Shown here one piece after another: positions 1-10,051 of a DNA stretch of 64,000 nt. Each line of letters starts with the position of its first letter. The stretch's first letter is position 1. The position numbers and the translations under genes were made by a program. This DNA is from an uncultured virus (IMG/VR IMGVR_UViG_3300037516_001099). Its lineage: Duplodnaviria; Heunggongvirae; Uroviricota; Caudoviricetes. The stretch is taken from IMG/VR virus record IMGVR_UViG_3300037516_001099. One strand, 5' to 3'. Under the pieces are notes generated by a model, which worked only from the letters and a program-made list of their open reading frames with translations, was not told the origin of the DNA and ran no database searches.

Positions 1-834
1 TATTTTTGTAAGACCTATGATGTTACAGTATTGGATAAACATATTTCGTTTAACAATACTAATCAATATGCATATATTCAATGCGATGTTTTAAATGATA
101 GCGATGTTTTAAATGCTGCCATTAAAGACGCCGATCTAGTATATCATCTAGCCAGTCCTGTGGGTATACACAGCATAGATCAGAATTGTAATTCGTTTCT
201 GCATGACATGCTGTGTATTAATCTTGCGGTATTTTCTATCGTGAAAATGTACAATAAAAAACTTATATTCTTTAGTACATCTGAAGTATATGGTAATTGC
301 GACAATGCATGTGAGAGCGATGATTGTATTATAGGAAACCCAAACACTCCACGATGGGGATATGCTAGTGGTAAATTAACTTCAGAGTTTTTATGCAAAA
401 GTCTGTGTAAACAAAGTATTATTTTACGGCCGTTCAATATATGCGGTGTCGGTGATGATAAAGGGGTGCTGTATAAAATGTTGCAAGCTGCATTTCATAG
501 TCAAGATATAAGCATTCATGGCGATGGCCATCAAACACGTGCATTGTGTGACATACGTGATTTGATTGAATTTGTTGCTAAATTCAATCATCGAGGATTC
601 AATGGGGAAATATATAATATAGGAAATGCAAACAATGTTGTTAGTATGAATGAATTGGCACTATTATGCAAACACTATACATATTCGGATAGCAACATTG
701 TAAATGTAAAGTATGCTGATCATTTTAGTCCTCATCATAAAGATATTGAAAAGCGTCGACCGAATTGTGAAAAGATGAATAACATACATCGCTCACAATA
801 TACTGTAGAACAAATTATAAAAAGTATATTATGA
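1..834 (+). CDS. NAD-dependent nucleotide-sugar epimerase/dehydratase (5' end outside window)
   Basis: Frame is open from base 1. Extended-SDR motifs: HLASPVG, STSEVYG, YxxxK (YASGK), RPFN, GDGxQTR, YNIG. The GxxGxxG motif is not in the window. Confidence 0.85.
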   Translation, partial: YFCKTYDVTVLDKHISFNNTNQYAYIQCDVLNDSDVLNAAIKDADLVYHLASPVGIHSIDQNCNSFLHDMLCINLAVFSIVKMYNKKLIFFSTSEVYGNCDNACESDDCIIGNPNTPRWGYASGKLTSEFLCKSLCKQSIILRPFNICGVGDDKGVLYKMLQAAFHSQDISIHGDGHQTRALCDIRDLIEFVAKFNHRGFNGEIYNIGNANNVVSMNELALLCKHYTYSDSNIVNVKYADHFSPHHKDIEKRRPNCEKMNNIHRSQYTVEQIIKSIL

Positions 835-1478
835 AAAAAGTATTAGTAATAGCAGCGCATCCAGATGATGCCGAATTTGGCATGGGCGGAACATTAGCAC
901 GTTTGGCGGAAACATGTGAAGTCACACTGTGTATATTGTGCCGAGGCGATCATCCAGGCATAGACGAGTCGCAGTCTTCACGAGAAAGCGCCTTAAAAGC
1001 AAATGTTAAACAGCTTAAAATCAAACAATTGTTTCACAATAACTTTTGCGATGTTTCGCTTGATACTGTTGCATTTGCTAGAATATCAGCATACCTTACA
1101 GACACTGTAAATAAAGTCCGTCCTGACACCGTTTTTACTCATTATAAAAATGATATTCACGTTGATCACCGTATAGTATCGGCAGCAACGCGCGTTGCTT
1201 GTCGCCCGCGCAAGGGTTGCAGTGTGACAGCATTATATGAATATCCAGTTGCTGGAAGTACAGAGTGGGCATTTGATAATGTTGTATACAACACGTTTGT
1301 TAATATTGAAAACTATACGATGTTAAAATATATTTGCATAGGGAGATACAAAAGTGAAATGAAAAATGCGCCAGATCCATTAAGCATTGATTCATTAAAG
1401 GCGCGTGACATATATTATGGAAGTTTAGCTGGCTATGATGTTGCAGAACCATTTGTTTGTATTTTTAATAAAGTATGA
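831..1478 (+). CDS. PIG-L/LmbE family N-acetylsugar deacetylase
   Basis: AHPDDAEFGMGGT and THxxxDxHxDH motifs, C-terminal AEPF. Confidence 0.9.
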   Translation: MKKVLVIAAHPDDAEFGMGGTLARLAETCEVTLCILCRGDHPGIDESQSSRESALKANVKQLKIKQLFHNNFCDVSLDTVAFARISAYLTDTVNKVRPDTVFTHYKNDIHVDHRIVSAATRVACRPRKGCSVTALYEYPVAGSTEWAFDNVVYNTFVNIENYTMLKYICIGRYKSEMKNAPDPLSIDSLKARDIYYGSLAGYDVAEPFVCIFNKV

Positions 1479-2188
1479 ATATAGTTATAGCTGGATATGG
1501 TGAAATTGGACAGGCCATACATTCATTGTACGAGTCTGACATGTTTAACATTGCACCTGTCGAAATTGACGGGCTGTGCCAGATTAGAAAAGCCGATGTG
1601 TTGAACATATGTTTTCCATACAGTGATACATTTGTACGGGATGTGACAGATTATATTGCGCGCTTTAATCCACGCTTGACCATAATTCATAGTACGGTAT
1701 TGCCAGGTACGACCGACTCCATTGATGCGGACAACATTGTATATTCACCGGTCATTGGCGTCCATCCTCAATTAGATATGTGTCTTAAGACTTTTAAAAA
1801 ATTCATTGGTGGCAAAACATCAGAAGCAATTGTATTAACACAACAACATTTTGCATTGCTTGGATTAGAATCTATGGTTTTTGCTTCGCCTAAAGCGGTT
1901 GAAACTGCAAAGACACTATGCACGCTGTACTATGGAATGTGTATTAGTTTTCATGACGAAGCAAATGATTTGTGCCAAAGAGAAGGATTACAATATGATG
2001 AAGTAATGACTGCTTGGAATAGTGAATATAACCGAGGCTATACAGCTCTTGGAAAAAGTAATGTGTGTAGACCGGTTTTGTTTTCGCCGGATGGTAAAAT
2101 AGGAGGCCATTGTGTAGTGCCAAATGCAAAAATGATAGCTTCATATTTTAAAAGTGTTATCATTAAATATGTATTGAGGTTGGCATGA
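1475..2188 (+). CDS. UDP-glucose/GDP-mannose dehydrogenase-like protein (short, no C-terminal domain)
   Basis: GYGEIG Rossmann motif, HSTVLPGTT, E-T-A-K, catalytic GGHCV. Confidence 0.75.
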   Translation: MNIVIAGYGEIGQAIHSLYESDMFNIAPVEIDGLCQIRKADVLNICFPYSDTFVRDVTDYIARFNPRLTIIHSTVLPGTTDSIDADNIVYSPVIGVHPQLDMCLKTFKKFIGGKTSEAIVLTQQHFALLGLESMVFASPKAVETAKTLCTLYYGMCISFHDEANDLCQREGLQYDEVMTAWNSEYNRGYTALGKSNVCRPVLFSPDGKIGGHCVVPNAKMIASYFKSVIIKYVLRLA

Positions 2189-2715
2189 AACCGGTATTGA
2201 TGATACATGAATTTAAAGAAGAGTATTTGTCTCTTCCTCTTAAAGATTATATCTTAACGTTTGATGATGGTCTTTACAGTCAATTTTTATATAGTAAACA
2301 ATTAGAGCGCGTTGACACACTAAAGATTTTCTTTATAAGCAGTGCAATAGTTTGCCCTGAACATATAATTCAAGACAATGCATTTATTTGTTGTGAACGT
2401 GCGCATGAGAAAGCTTTCTCTGGTGACTATCGGCATTATATGAAATGGTCACAAATAACGCAGTTAAATACTTTAAAACATTGCAGAGTTGGCTGTCATG
2501 GCCATCATCATATATACAATATAATTTCCAATCCTATTAAAATGGTAAAAGATACACGTCATATGACTGCTGCGTTTGTCAATGCACTAGGATATATTCC
2601 TAATGATTTTTGTTTTCCATATAACATAGAATCTCCCCTATATAAAACCATTTTGCATAATCATGGCATTAAAAATTTTTATGGAAAAGAACGAATAGAT
2701 ATAGATAGTTTATGA
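2185..2715 (+). CDS. Polysaccharide deacetylase (NodB-like)
   Basis: LTFDDG, GCHGHHH and FCFPY motifs. Confidence 0.8.
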   Translation: MKPVLMIHEFKEEYLSLPLKDYILTFDDGLYSQFLYSKQLERVDTLKIFFISSAIVCPEHIIQDNAFICCERAHEKAFSGDYRHYMKWSQITQLNTLKHCRVGCHGHHHIYNIISNPIKMVKDTRHMTAAFVNALGYIPNDFCFPYNIESPLYKTILHNHGIKNFYGKERIDIDSL

Positions 2716-3341
2716 TTATTGACGCAATAACGATATCAATTGACTATAGCGATTATCTTGAACAGATAGTTAACAATAAAAATAAGTTTAATCGTTGGTT
2801 AATAGTCACGCATTGTAGCGATAAAAAAACTATAGAGGTATGTAAAAAATATGAGTTAGAGTATATTCTTAGCGAAGAAATATACTCTAATGGGTCATGT
2901 TTTGCGAAAAGTAAAGCAATTAATGAAGGCATACGTTATTTAAACCCACAAGATTGGTTGTGTGTAATTGACAGCGACTCGCTTCTTCCAAATGATTTTA
3001 ATAGTGTTATTGAAACAAATGTATATGATAAAGAAACTATTTATGGTTGTAAACGGCATAATAGTGATGGCACGTTAAAAATCGAAAATAAATTTGCATA
3101 TTATATTTGGCCTGCTGGTTTTTTTCAAATGTGGCATACTTCTAAATTTTGCGATTATTATGTTGGAGATATGACTAATGCTGAAGGTGACATACAACAT
3201 AAAAATAGGTTTGATAAATGTGAATTATTACCATTGCAATTAATTGATTTGCAAACTGAACTTGATTGGAAAGCTAACTGGTATGGACGAGGTCCGATAG
3301 GTAAAACTCGACATAAACTTTATGGAAATAGATTATTATAA
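2712..3341 (+). CDS. Glycosyltransferase, GT-A fold (GT2-like)
   Basis: KSKAINEG followed by a DxD motif (IDSD), GFFQMW. Confidence 0.65.
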   Translation: MIIDAITISIDYSDYLEQIVNNKNKFNRWLIVTHCSDKKTIEVCKKYELEYILSEEIYSNGSCFAKSKAINEGIRYLNPQDWLCVIDSDSLLPNDFNSVIETNVYDKETIYGCKRHNSDGTLKIENKFAYYIWPAGFFQMWHTSKFCDYYVGDMTNAEGDIQHKNRFDKCELLPLQLIDLQTELDWKANWYGRGPIGKTRHKLYGNRLL

Positions 3342-3344
3342 ATA
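3337..3344 (+). promoter_or_regulatory. T4-type late promoter TATAAATA
   Basis: Exact consensus 6 nt before ATG 3351. Confidence 0.75.
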
Positions 3345-3350
3345 GTCTAT

Positions 3351-3686
3351 ATGGCAACATATAGTAACATTTATATCGATCAAGGTAGCACTTATGCGTC
3401 AGTTATAGACGTAAAAGACTCTAATGGACTATCATTCAACCTCTCTGACTATCTTTCGCGTGGACAAATACGTAAAAGTTATTCATCAAGTACTGCAATA
3501 AATTTTGCTACTTCTATAAACTTCCCGTTGCAGGGCAAGGTTGGTATATCATTAACAGCAATACAAACACGAGCTATGAAGTCAGGACGTTATATTTATG
3601 ACATTGAAATATACAACTTAGGCGGTCAGGTTATACGCGTCGCTGAAGGACAAGTTGAAATATCGCCAGCATCAACACGGCCATGA
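3351..3686 (+). CDS. Conserved T4-like virion protein (fibre/baseplate-associated, BppU-N-like)
   Basis: NIYIDQG...QIRKSY...GRYIYDIEI...RVAEG pattern, late promoter, precedes a fibre gene. Confidence 0.65.
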   Translation: MATYSNIYIDQGSTYASVIDVKDSNGLSFNLSDYLSRGQIRKSYSSSTAINFATSINFPLQGKVGISLTAIQTRAMKSGRYIYDIEIYNLGGQVIRVAEGQVEISPASTRP

Positions 3687-5512
3687 GTGATACAATAATT
3701 GCTACTATAAAAAATATTTCTCCTATTAGTGCCTCTACATTTTATGAAGGTGGAGCAACATTATCTGGACTTGTTGATGTAGATTTACAAGGAGTGAGTG
3801 ATGGTTCGTTGCTAGTCTATGATACAAACGGGTTTGTTGCGCGCACGTTGTCTGGGGATGCTATTATTAGTGCAGATGGCGTAGTTACAATTAATCCGAA
3901 TGTAGTGTATGGTCAACTTCCACAAAGTATCTCTACGACAAGTAGCCCTACTTTTAATAATATTACATTAAATGGTATAATAAACAACTCTGACCTGTCT
4001 TTGCAGCTTGAATCTAAAGCTCCAAAACATAACCCAACATTCTCTGGCATTGTAAGTGGTATTACTTCTACGATGGTAGGTCTTGGTGATGTTAACAATA
4101 CAGGTGATGCAAATAAACCTGTTAGTATTGCAACTCAGGCGGCGTTGAATACAAAACAACCGCTCGACGCAGACCTTACCGCCTATGCTGCCGATCCGAC
4201 CACCTCGATTTTGGCAAACATGCCTGACGCTCTGAGCGGGCTAGGTGAGCCTTATGACGGCGAACCGGATTCATTAGCCTTGCTTTCAGTCGTGACAGAA
4301 TCCCTCGCGGACACGACCTGCCCAACGCTTTTCCTCACGACGCCGTTTAACGGTCGGGAAAGATTCAAGAGTCAAGGTGCAACTGAAGGATTTGTCTCAG
4401 CCGGATGGTTCCTTCTATGGAATGGGACACAGTGGCAATTAACGTATTACGGGGCGGGCAATACGTTTTACAACGTAGTCAGCACCAACGCGTCCAATGA
4501 TCCAGTGAACGCGGTGTGGGGCATTCCGACCGTGGGGACAGGGACTCCCATCTTTGAGAGGGTTACAGGCTACCCTCCTAACCCGCTCCCCTCCTACATA
4601 GGCCAGCTCTACAACCAAACGTCTTCAGGTCTTTGGTATCGCTGGAACGGCACGGGGTGGGATGCGGACACCTTTACCGCAGGCACGGGCATCGACATCA
4701 CCGACAACGTCATCTCCGCAACGGTCATCATTCCAAGCAAATTAATAAATGGCATAAATGAAGTCGAATTGGGTGATGATGCCAATCTTTACTTGGCTCA
4801 AGGCGGCGGCATTATATTTGACCGAAACAATACTTCTATTAATGTGGGTATGGGATTTCATATTCGCAGCGGTGAAGGAGTTGCGATAGAACCAGTTGAT
4901 CAGGCTGATAGTGAAAATTTAATTACTCGTGGCTGGTATTTTAATCCTGATGGATCATTAACTGCTCCAAACGATGACTACTATTATAGTAGATCATATA
5001 TTTTTTTAAATAATTTTCCTGCTGAAGACGCTGGATTTGGATTGACTACCCCAGATGGCATAACTCATGATTTCTTTTATGACTATGATGGTATTGTTGG
5101 CGCAGGTATACCAATATTAGTAAATCCTTCAACTGATACCATTGAAGATGTTGCAACTAAGACTATTGCGGTATTAAATAATTCCGCGCTGTTTGGAGAC
5201 GTTCATTGGGATGCAGAACTTAATTATATTTGGGTATATCAAAATGTTGCTGGTGAAGCTGGCGACCAAACTAATTTTAATTATGGTTATACTGACGGAA
5301 TATCTTCCTTTACGGGCGGTCAATCAAGTAAGATAGTATTTGGCGATGGTAGCATTCAGACTACTGCGCCAACTGCTAATGCAATATCTTCCTCTATTCC
5401 GATTGGTGTTACAGGAGCAAGTCAAGTTTCAAACATCATAACGATTACACAAGATGGTTATAATGCTATCGCCAATCCTTCATCTGATATTTTATATGTT
5501 ATTGTAGGTTAA
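3683..5512 (+). CDS. Mosaic tail fibre protein
   Basis: Fibre motifs LSGLVDVD, VGLGDVNNTGDANKPVSIATQAAL, KQPLDADLTA, AGTGIDIT, FGDGSIQTTA and terminal ILYVIVG. Confidence 0.75.
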   Translation: MSDTIIATIKNISPISASTFYEGGATLSGLVDVDLQGVSDGSLLVYDTNGFVARTLSGDAIISADGVVTINPNVVYGQLPQSISTTSSPTFNNITLNGIINNSDLSLQLESKAPKHNPTFSGIVSGITSTMVGLGDVNNTGDANKPVSIATQAALNTKQPLDADLTAYAADPTTSILANMPDALSGLGEPYDGEPDSLALLSVVTESLADTTCPTLFLTTPFNGRERFKSQGATEGFVSAGWFLLWNGTQWQLTYYGAGNTFYNVVSTNASNDPVNAVWGIPTVGTGTPIFERVTGYPPNPLPSYIGQLYNQTSSGLWYRWNGTGWDADTFTAGTGIDITDNVISATVIIPSKLINGINEVELGDDANLYLAQGGGIIFDRNNTSINVGMGFHIRSGEGVAIEPVDQADSENLITRGWYFNPDGSLTAPNDDYYYSRSYIFLNNFPAEDAGFGLTTPDGITHDFFYDYDGIVGAGIPILVNPSTDTIEDVATKTIAVLNNSALFGDVHWDAELNYIWVYQNVAGEAGDQTNFNYGYTDGISSFTGGQSSKIVFGDGSIQTTAPTANAISSSIPIGVTGASQVSNIITITQDGYNAIANPSSDILYVIVG

Positions 5513-5516
5513 CGAT

Positions 5517-6395
5517 ATGATTTTAACAGAGACGTCATCAGCAAGAATAGGTTCGGTTCCTGTTACTTCTATAGCATCTACAAATGCTACCGCTCATAGC
5601 TTTCGTGTATTTCCTAATAAATCTTTAATTTTAACTAAAGCATTAGGCGGGGCATTTGGTGTCGTTAAAAATGGATCGGGATTACTTACTTATTCTGCAG
5701 TTTGCAATTATACTGGTCCCACTGTCATTAATGGTGGTCAGATAATAATACCATCTGCATCAACACTTTCAGGAGTTATATCTGGTATAGGAAGTATACT
5801 TAAATCTGAAACATCAAATTTAACTCTTGGTGGCAACAACAGTTATAGTGGCGGAACAACTGCTACTGCTACTGGTGGTTCTGCTTCAACAATTACATGC
5901 AATTCCAGCAATGCACTTGGGTCTGGTCTGGTCACTTGTCAGAATACTATATCAATTACAACGGGGGTCGGAATACCTTCAATTACACTGCCAAACAATT
6001 TTACAATCGCATCTGCAACTACACTTTTTATGCGAGCGGGCGCTGGCAGTCAAAATATTATACTTTCTGGAAATATTTCTTCTGGCGCTGGCGGAACATT
6101 AAATAAAAGTGGAAATGGGATACTTACACTTACAGGAAATAATACCTATTCTGGTAATACTAACATCAACGCAGGATCTATTGTTGTACCAAAAACAAAC
6201 GGTGCTGTAACAGCAACCGCAACATTTACCACAACAAGTCTTAGTGTATCTTTTGATACTCCACCCACCGCGGGAATGACTTTTAAATTTTTTCCTGGTA
6301 ATGTAAATCGAACATATGCATCAGTAACATTAATAGGAGCACCGGGACGTACCGCTACCTTTAATTCAACAACCTCAACCTTAACAATAGCATGA
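5517..6395 (+). CDS. Autotransporter-associated beta-strand (PATR) repeat protein, probable fibre/adhesin
   Basis: Three repeats of the LxKxGxGxLTLxGxNxYSGxT type. Confidence 0.75.
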   Translation: MILTETSSARIGSVPVTSIASTNATAHSFRVFPNKSLILTKALGGAFGVVKNGSGLLTYSAVCNYTGPTVINGGQIIIPSASTLSGVISGIGSILKSETSNLTLGGNNSYSGGTTATATGGSASTITCNSSNALGSGLVTCQNTISITTGVGIPSITLPNNFTIASATTLFMRAGAGSQNIILSGNISSGAGGTLNKSGNGILTLTGNNTYSGNTNINAGSIVVPKTNGAVTATATFTTTSLSVSFDTPPTAGMTFKFFPGNVNRTYASVTLIGAPGRTATFNSTTSTLTIA

Positions 6396-6601
6396 ATATA
6401 GAATCAAATGATACAGGATGGACTTTTGACGAGTCTGTTGGGTGGAAACTAATTCATGATGGGCGCAACATAATATTTTATGAGTATACGGACGAGGCGG
6501 TTTCAACTCAAGCCATTTTATTTGTAGGCACAAAGGAAGAATGTGAAGTTGAAATAATTAGATTAAATTTAATTGGCCAGTCAGAAACTGAAGCAGAGTG
6601 A
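6392..6601 (+). CDS. Hypothetical protein (possible fibre chaperone)
   Basis: ATGA overlap with the PATR gene. Confidence 0.6.
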   Translation: MNIESNDTGWTFDESVGWKLIHDGRNIIFYEYTDEAVSTQAILFVGTKEECEVEIIRLNLIGQSETEAE

Positions 6602-6613
6602 TTTTTGATCCAC

Positions 6614-6638
6614 CTGCAATGAAGTGTCATCATTGCAG
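6614..6638. terminator. Hairpin between convergent genes
   Basis: CTGCAATGA-N7-TCATTGCAG. No clear U-tract on the + strand. Confidence 0.4.
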
Positions 6639-6812
6639 TCGAACATCTTCTAGTTCTTCACGCGTCATATGAAACTTGCCACGGTTTGCACTAAAAAATA
6701 CTTTATCGCCTTCAACACGATATACAGTAATATAGTCAACAATACCGATTTTTAGATTTTCAAGTTCGGTTTTAAAGCTGCTTTTGATATAGATTTGTTC
6801 GTTAATTTTCAT
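6630..6812 (-). CDS. Hypothetical protein, the only credible minus-strand gene
   Basis: Fills a gap with no + strand ORF and has an AT-rich leader. Confidence 0.55.
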   Translation of the reverse strand: MKINEQIYIKSSFKTELENLKIGIVDYITVYRVEGDKVFFSANRGKFHMTREELEDVRLQ

Positions 6813-6829
6813 ATAGATATATATTTATG

Positions 6830-6858
6830 TTTACAAATGGCGTAAACTATGATAAAAT
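6830..6858 (+). promoter_or_regulatory. Sigma70-type early promoter
   Basis: TTTACA-N17-TAAAAT. Confidence 0.6.
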
Positions 6859-6866
6859 ACAATTTT

Positions 6867-7865
6867 ATGAAAAAAAGTGCTAAAATAATTGGATGTGGGC
6901 TGTCGGGCATCTCCGCGGCGGTGTTGTTAAAAGAAAAAGGATATGACGTTGAGATTTACGAGACGCGTCCACATATTGGCGGAAACTGTGCTGATGCCTA
7001 TATTACAAATACACTCGTTCATCAGTACGGTCCGCATATTTTCCATACTGATGACGAAGACGTCTATACGTTTTTAAGTCGTTATACTGAATGGATTCCC
7101 TTTGCGCTACAGCCTCAGGGCCAAACACGGCTCGGTCTGGTCAGTCTGCCATACAGCAAAAAAACAATATCTGAACTTGGACGAGAACTCTCACAAGAAG
7201 AAATTATAGAGTATATTTTTAAGGACTATAGCGAAAAGCAATGGGGAGTGCCGTTTGACGAGATTCCTAAAACAATTACAAATCGCATTCCTAAAACAGC
7301 GGGTGCTGAAGATCCCACTTGGTTTGAAGGTCAAAAGTACCAATGTGTTCCAAAAGATGGTTATACCGAAATGTTTAAACGAATGCTTGATGGCATTACT
7401 GTATACTTAAACTGTGAAGAGGATCGTTGGGTGCATGAACGTCAGCCATCCGACTTGATTGTTTATACTGGTAAAATTGATAGTTATTTTGGAACGATGT
7501 ATGGACGGCTACCCTATCGATCACTTCGCTTTGAGCATGATGTGCTTTGCGAAAAGATGGATACGTTTATTGTTAATCAAAATAACAAAGATGTTGAGTA
7601 TACCCGCATCTATGATCATAGCGCTTGGACTCCAGGACACGTCGGTCCAACTGTAGTTACTAAAGAATATCCAAAGGAATGTGGACCAAATGATGTGCCA
7701 TTCTATCCTATACCTTGGGGTGAGGGACAAGAAATGTATCGCCGATATGAGACACTCGCGAAGGAGGAGGAAGGAGTCATTTTTGTTGGTCGTCTCGCGA
7801 CATATAAATATTTAGACATGTGGATGGCAATTAAACATGTCATGTTGAAGTTAAAGGACCTATGA
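6867..7865 (+). CDS. glf: UDP-galactopyranose mutase
   Basis: GCGLSG FAD motif, HIGGNC, HQYGPHIFHT, LPYRSL, PFYP, GRLATYKYLDM. Start taken downstream of the -10 box. Confidence 0.93.
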   Translation: MKKSAKIIGCGLSGISAAVLLKEKGYDVEIYETRPHIGGNCADAYITNTLVHQYGPHIFHTDDEDVYTFLSRYTEWIPFALQPQGQTRLGLVSLPYSKKTISELGRELSQEEIIEYIFKDYSEKQWGVPFDEIPKTITNRIPKTAGAEDPTWFEGQKYQCVPKDGYTEMFKRMLDGITVYLNCEEDRWVHERQPSDLIVYTGKIDSYFGTMYGRLPYRSLRFEHDVLCEKMDTFIVNQNNKDVEYTRIYDHSAWTPGHVGPTVVTKEYPKECGPNDVPFYPIPWGEGQEMYRRYETLAKEEEGVIFVGRLATYKYLDMWMAIKHVMLKLKDL

Positions 7866-8533
7866 AATTAGCATTTTGCATACGAGGACATATTAGAGAC
7901 GGACTTTTTACTAGTTCTTTACGACAGTTTATTAGTTTATGTGAGGCTGATGGACATTCAATTGACATTTACTGTCACACCTGGTCTGAGTCTGAAGCAA
8001 AAAGTAGTTATAAAATACTCGATAGATCTGATATTTTTCAAGTTAAAGAAGGATTACTGCGCAGTTACTTAAAAGGTTGTAATGTGTCTAAAGTGATTAT
8101 AGAAAATGATTTAAAGGTAAAAATACATGGAACTAAAACTGGCGTAGTTTGTAAAAGTATGTGTCCTATAATTGCATGGAAACGCATGTGGGCTGGACAG
8201 GCCTCAGTTATAAATCAAGCATACACAACCGGAATTAAATATGATTTAATCGTCAATATGCGATATGATTATTTTACTACTCCAATATGCTATACTCCGC
8301 AAAAACACTTGTGCCGTCTAATTGCTAAAAAACCAAGTTTTGCATTTAAGTATCCAGACTATTCGCAAAGTATAATAGGAGTTGATAATTTTTATATAGG
8401 AACGCCTGAAAATATGCATAAGATTGTAAATGATTTTCACCTTAACTTAGATAGTATCATTGCTCAATATCACAATATAATTAATCAGGAAGAATTAGTT
8501 TATCGTCATGCTTGTAATGTCGGTGTGTTATGA
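7862..8533 (+). CDS. Putative glycosyltransferase-like protein, paralog 1
   Basis: MKLAFCIRGHIR...HTW...YDLIVxxRYD pattern, located in the glycan cluster. Confidence 0.5.
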   Translation: MKLAFCIRGHIRDGLFTSSLRQFISLCEADGHSIDIYCHTWSESEAKSSYKILDRSDIFQVKEGLLRSYLKGCNVSKVIIENDLKVKIHGTKTGVVCKSMCPIIAWKRMWAGQASVINQAYTTGIKYDLIVNMRYDYFTTPICYTPQKHLCRLIAKKPSFAFKYPDYSQSIIGVDNFYIGTPENMHKIVNDFHLNLDSIIAQYHNIINQEELVYRHACNVGVL

Positions 8534-9201
8534 AATTAGCATTTTGCATACGAGGACATATTAGAGATGGATTAACAAATTCAGGTCTAGTAGACTATAT
8601 AAGCATACTAGAGGAGTATGGTCATAGTGTTGATTTATTTTTGCATACTTGGAACACGTCTGAGGCGCAAAGTTCTTATCGAAAACTTAATACTGATAGC
8701 AGTTTTGCTGTTACGCGTTCTACGCTTAAGGACTATTTTAGCAAACACACCATAAAACAAATTATAATTGACGACGACTCTAAGTTACAACTACATGGAA
8801 ACTTGGAAGGAAAGATAAATACGTGTCCGCGTATTGCGTGGAAACGGATGTGGGCCGGTAAGTTCAAGCTTGTATCACATCTACATAATAACTATATGCA
8901 TGACTATGATCTTGTAGTAAACACTCGATATGATAAATTTACTACAAAGGTGTGCTATACACCAGTTAAAAACTTGCTAAAGATGACGACTGCCGGAGAA
9001 GGGCTAAGTTTAAAGTATCCACATCATTATAGACATATAAAGGGTATAGACAACTACTATTGCGGGTCATTGCAGGCAGTATATGATATTACACGCGCCT
9101 TTCATTTTTCATTAGATGAAATAGCATTACAGTATAGAATACGAAGTTGGCATGAGGAGCTTTTCTATAAATACGCGGTTAAACACAATCTAATTAGATA
9201 A
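8530..9201 (+). CDS. Putative glycosyltransferase-like protein, paralog 2
   Basis: Same length (223 aa) and motifs as the upstream ORF. Confidence 0.5.
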   Translation: MKLAFCIRGHIRDGLTNSGLVDYISILEEYGHSVDLFLHTWNTSEAQSSYRKLNTDSSFAVTRSTLKDYFSKHTIKQIIIDDDSKLQLHGNLEGKINTCPRIAWKRMWAGKFKLVSHLHNNYMHDYDLVVNTRYDKFTTKVCYTPVKNLLKMTTAGEGLSLKYPHHYRHIKGIDNYYCGSLQAVYDITRAFHFSLDEIALQYRIRSWHEELFYKYAVKHNLIR

Positions 9202-9213
9202 AAAACATATTTT

Positions 9214-9221
9214 TATAAATA
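9214..9221 (+). promoter_or_regulatory. Late promoter TATAAATA
   Basis: Exact consensus, intergenic. Confidence 0.7.
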
Positions 9222-9278
9222 ACAATATATTGATAGACATTATGTGATGTTTCACACTTTAAAAGTATATAGTTATAA

Positions 9279-9599
9279 ATGGAACCAGAAAGATCAATGC
9301 TAAACGAGTTTCTAGAGGGTGGTTGGATAATACCCCTAGTTGGCGCCGCAGGAATGTTAGCTCGACTCATGACAGCAAAAAAAGAATACACTATTCTTGA
9401 GCAATTTAAAAATATAGCTTCGGCTGCTATTGCTTCAGCGATAGCATGGTTTATACTAGAACAAACCGATATACCCAGCCTCTATAAGGCAATCACATAT
9501 GGTATTATTGGGGTTGTTTCTCCAGAAATTATCAATGGAATTATTAAACTGGCTAAACACTTTGAACGTTCACCAGAAAAATTTATTAATAAGCCATGA
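9279..9599 (+). CDS. Holin-like membrane protein
   Basis: 106 aa, three hydrophobic segments, charged C-terminus, late promoter. Confidence 0.55.
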   Translation: MEPERSMLNEFLEGGWIIPLVGAAGMLARLMTAKKEYTILEQFKNIASAAIASAIAWFILEQTDIPSLYKAITYGIIGVVSPEIINGIIKLAKHFERSPEKFINKP

Positions 9600-9748
9600 A
9601 AAAGAATGTTATCCTCATGGTATTTTTTTCGATTTTATGTATGTTTACATTTAATTGTTTAAATACCGCAGAGATGGCAACTCAACACAGTATTATATTA
9701 TTTGCGCTGTGTATTTCGTTATGTGCTGGAATCTCGATAAGAGAATAG
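9596..9748 (+). CDS. Small two-TM protein (50 aa, not in ORF track)
   Basis: ATGA overlap with the holin-like gene. MKKNVILMVFFSILCMF...ILFALCISLCAGISIRE. Confidence 0.55.
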   Translation: MKKNVILMVFFSILCMFTFNCLNTAEMATQHSIILFALCISLCAGISIRE

Positions 9749-9756
9749 TATAAATA
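9749..9756 (+). promoter_or_regulatory. Late promoter TATAAATA
   Basis: Exact consensus 6 nt before ATG 9763. Confidence 0.75.
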
Positions 9757-9762
9757 GAATAT

Positions 9763-10047
9763 ATGAGTACAAACGTTTACGAAAAAGGTTTAATACACCA
9801 AAACTCCTCTGCAGTTGCGTATGAGGCACTGGCTTTTACTGACGGTTTCTACACTCCAACTGCGGGCAAAGTATTTGCCGGACTCTATATCGCCCCGGGC
9901 ACAACTAATGGAAACATTATAATTGAAGGTGTAGATGGAGAAACAGCTACACTTACATTGAGTCCGGGAGTATGGCCACTCGGTGGTCAGCGTATAGTCG
10001 AGGCTGGCACTACTATATCTACTGCAGCTGTAACAGTATTATTCTAA
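9763..10047 (+). CDS. Hypothetical late (probably virion) protein
   Basis: Late promoter, beta-rich, directly precedes the adhesin gene. Confidence 0.6.
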   Translation: MSTNVYEKGLIHQNSSAVAYEALAFTDGFYTPTAGKVFAGLYIAPGTTNGNIIIEGVDGETATLTLSPGVWPLGGQRIVEAGTTISTAAVTVLF

Positions 10048-10051
10048 TTTT

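Noticed and set aside
9243..9256. CRP-like site TGTGA...TCACA
   Set aside because: The spacer is 4 nt rather than 6. It is more likely a small hairpin in the holin leader.
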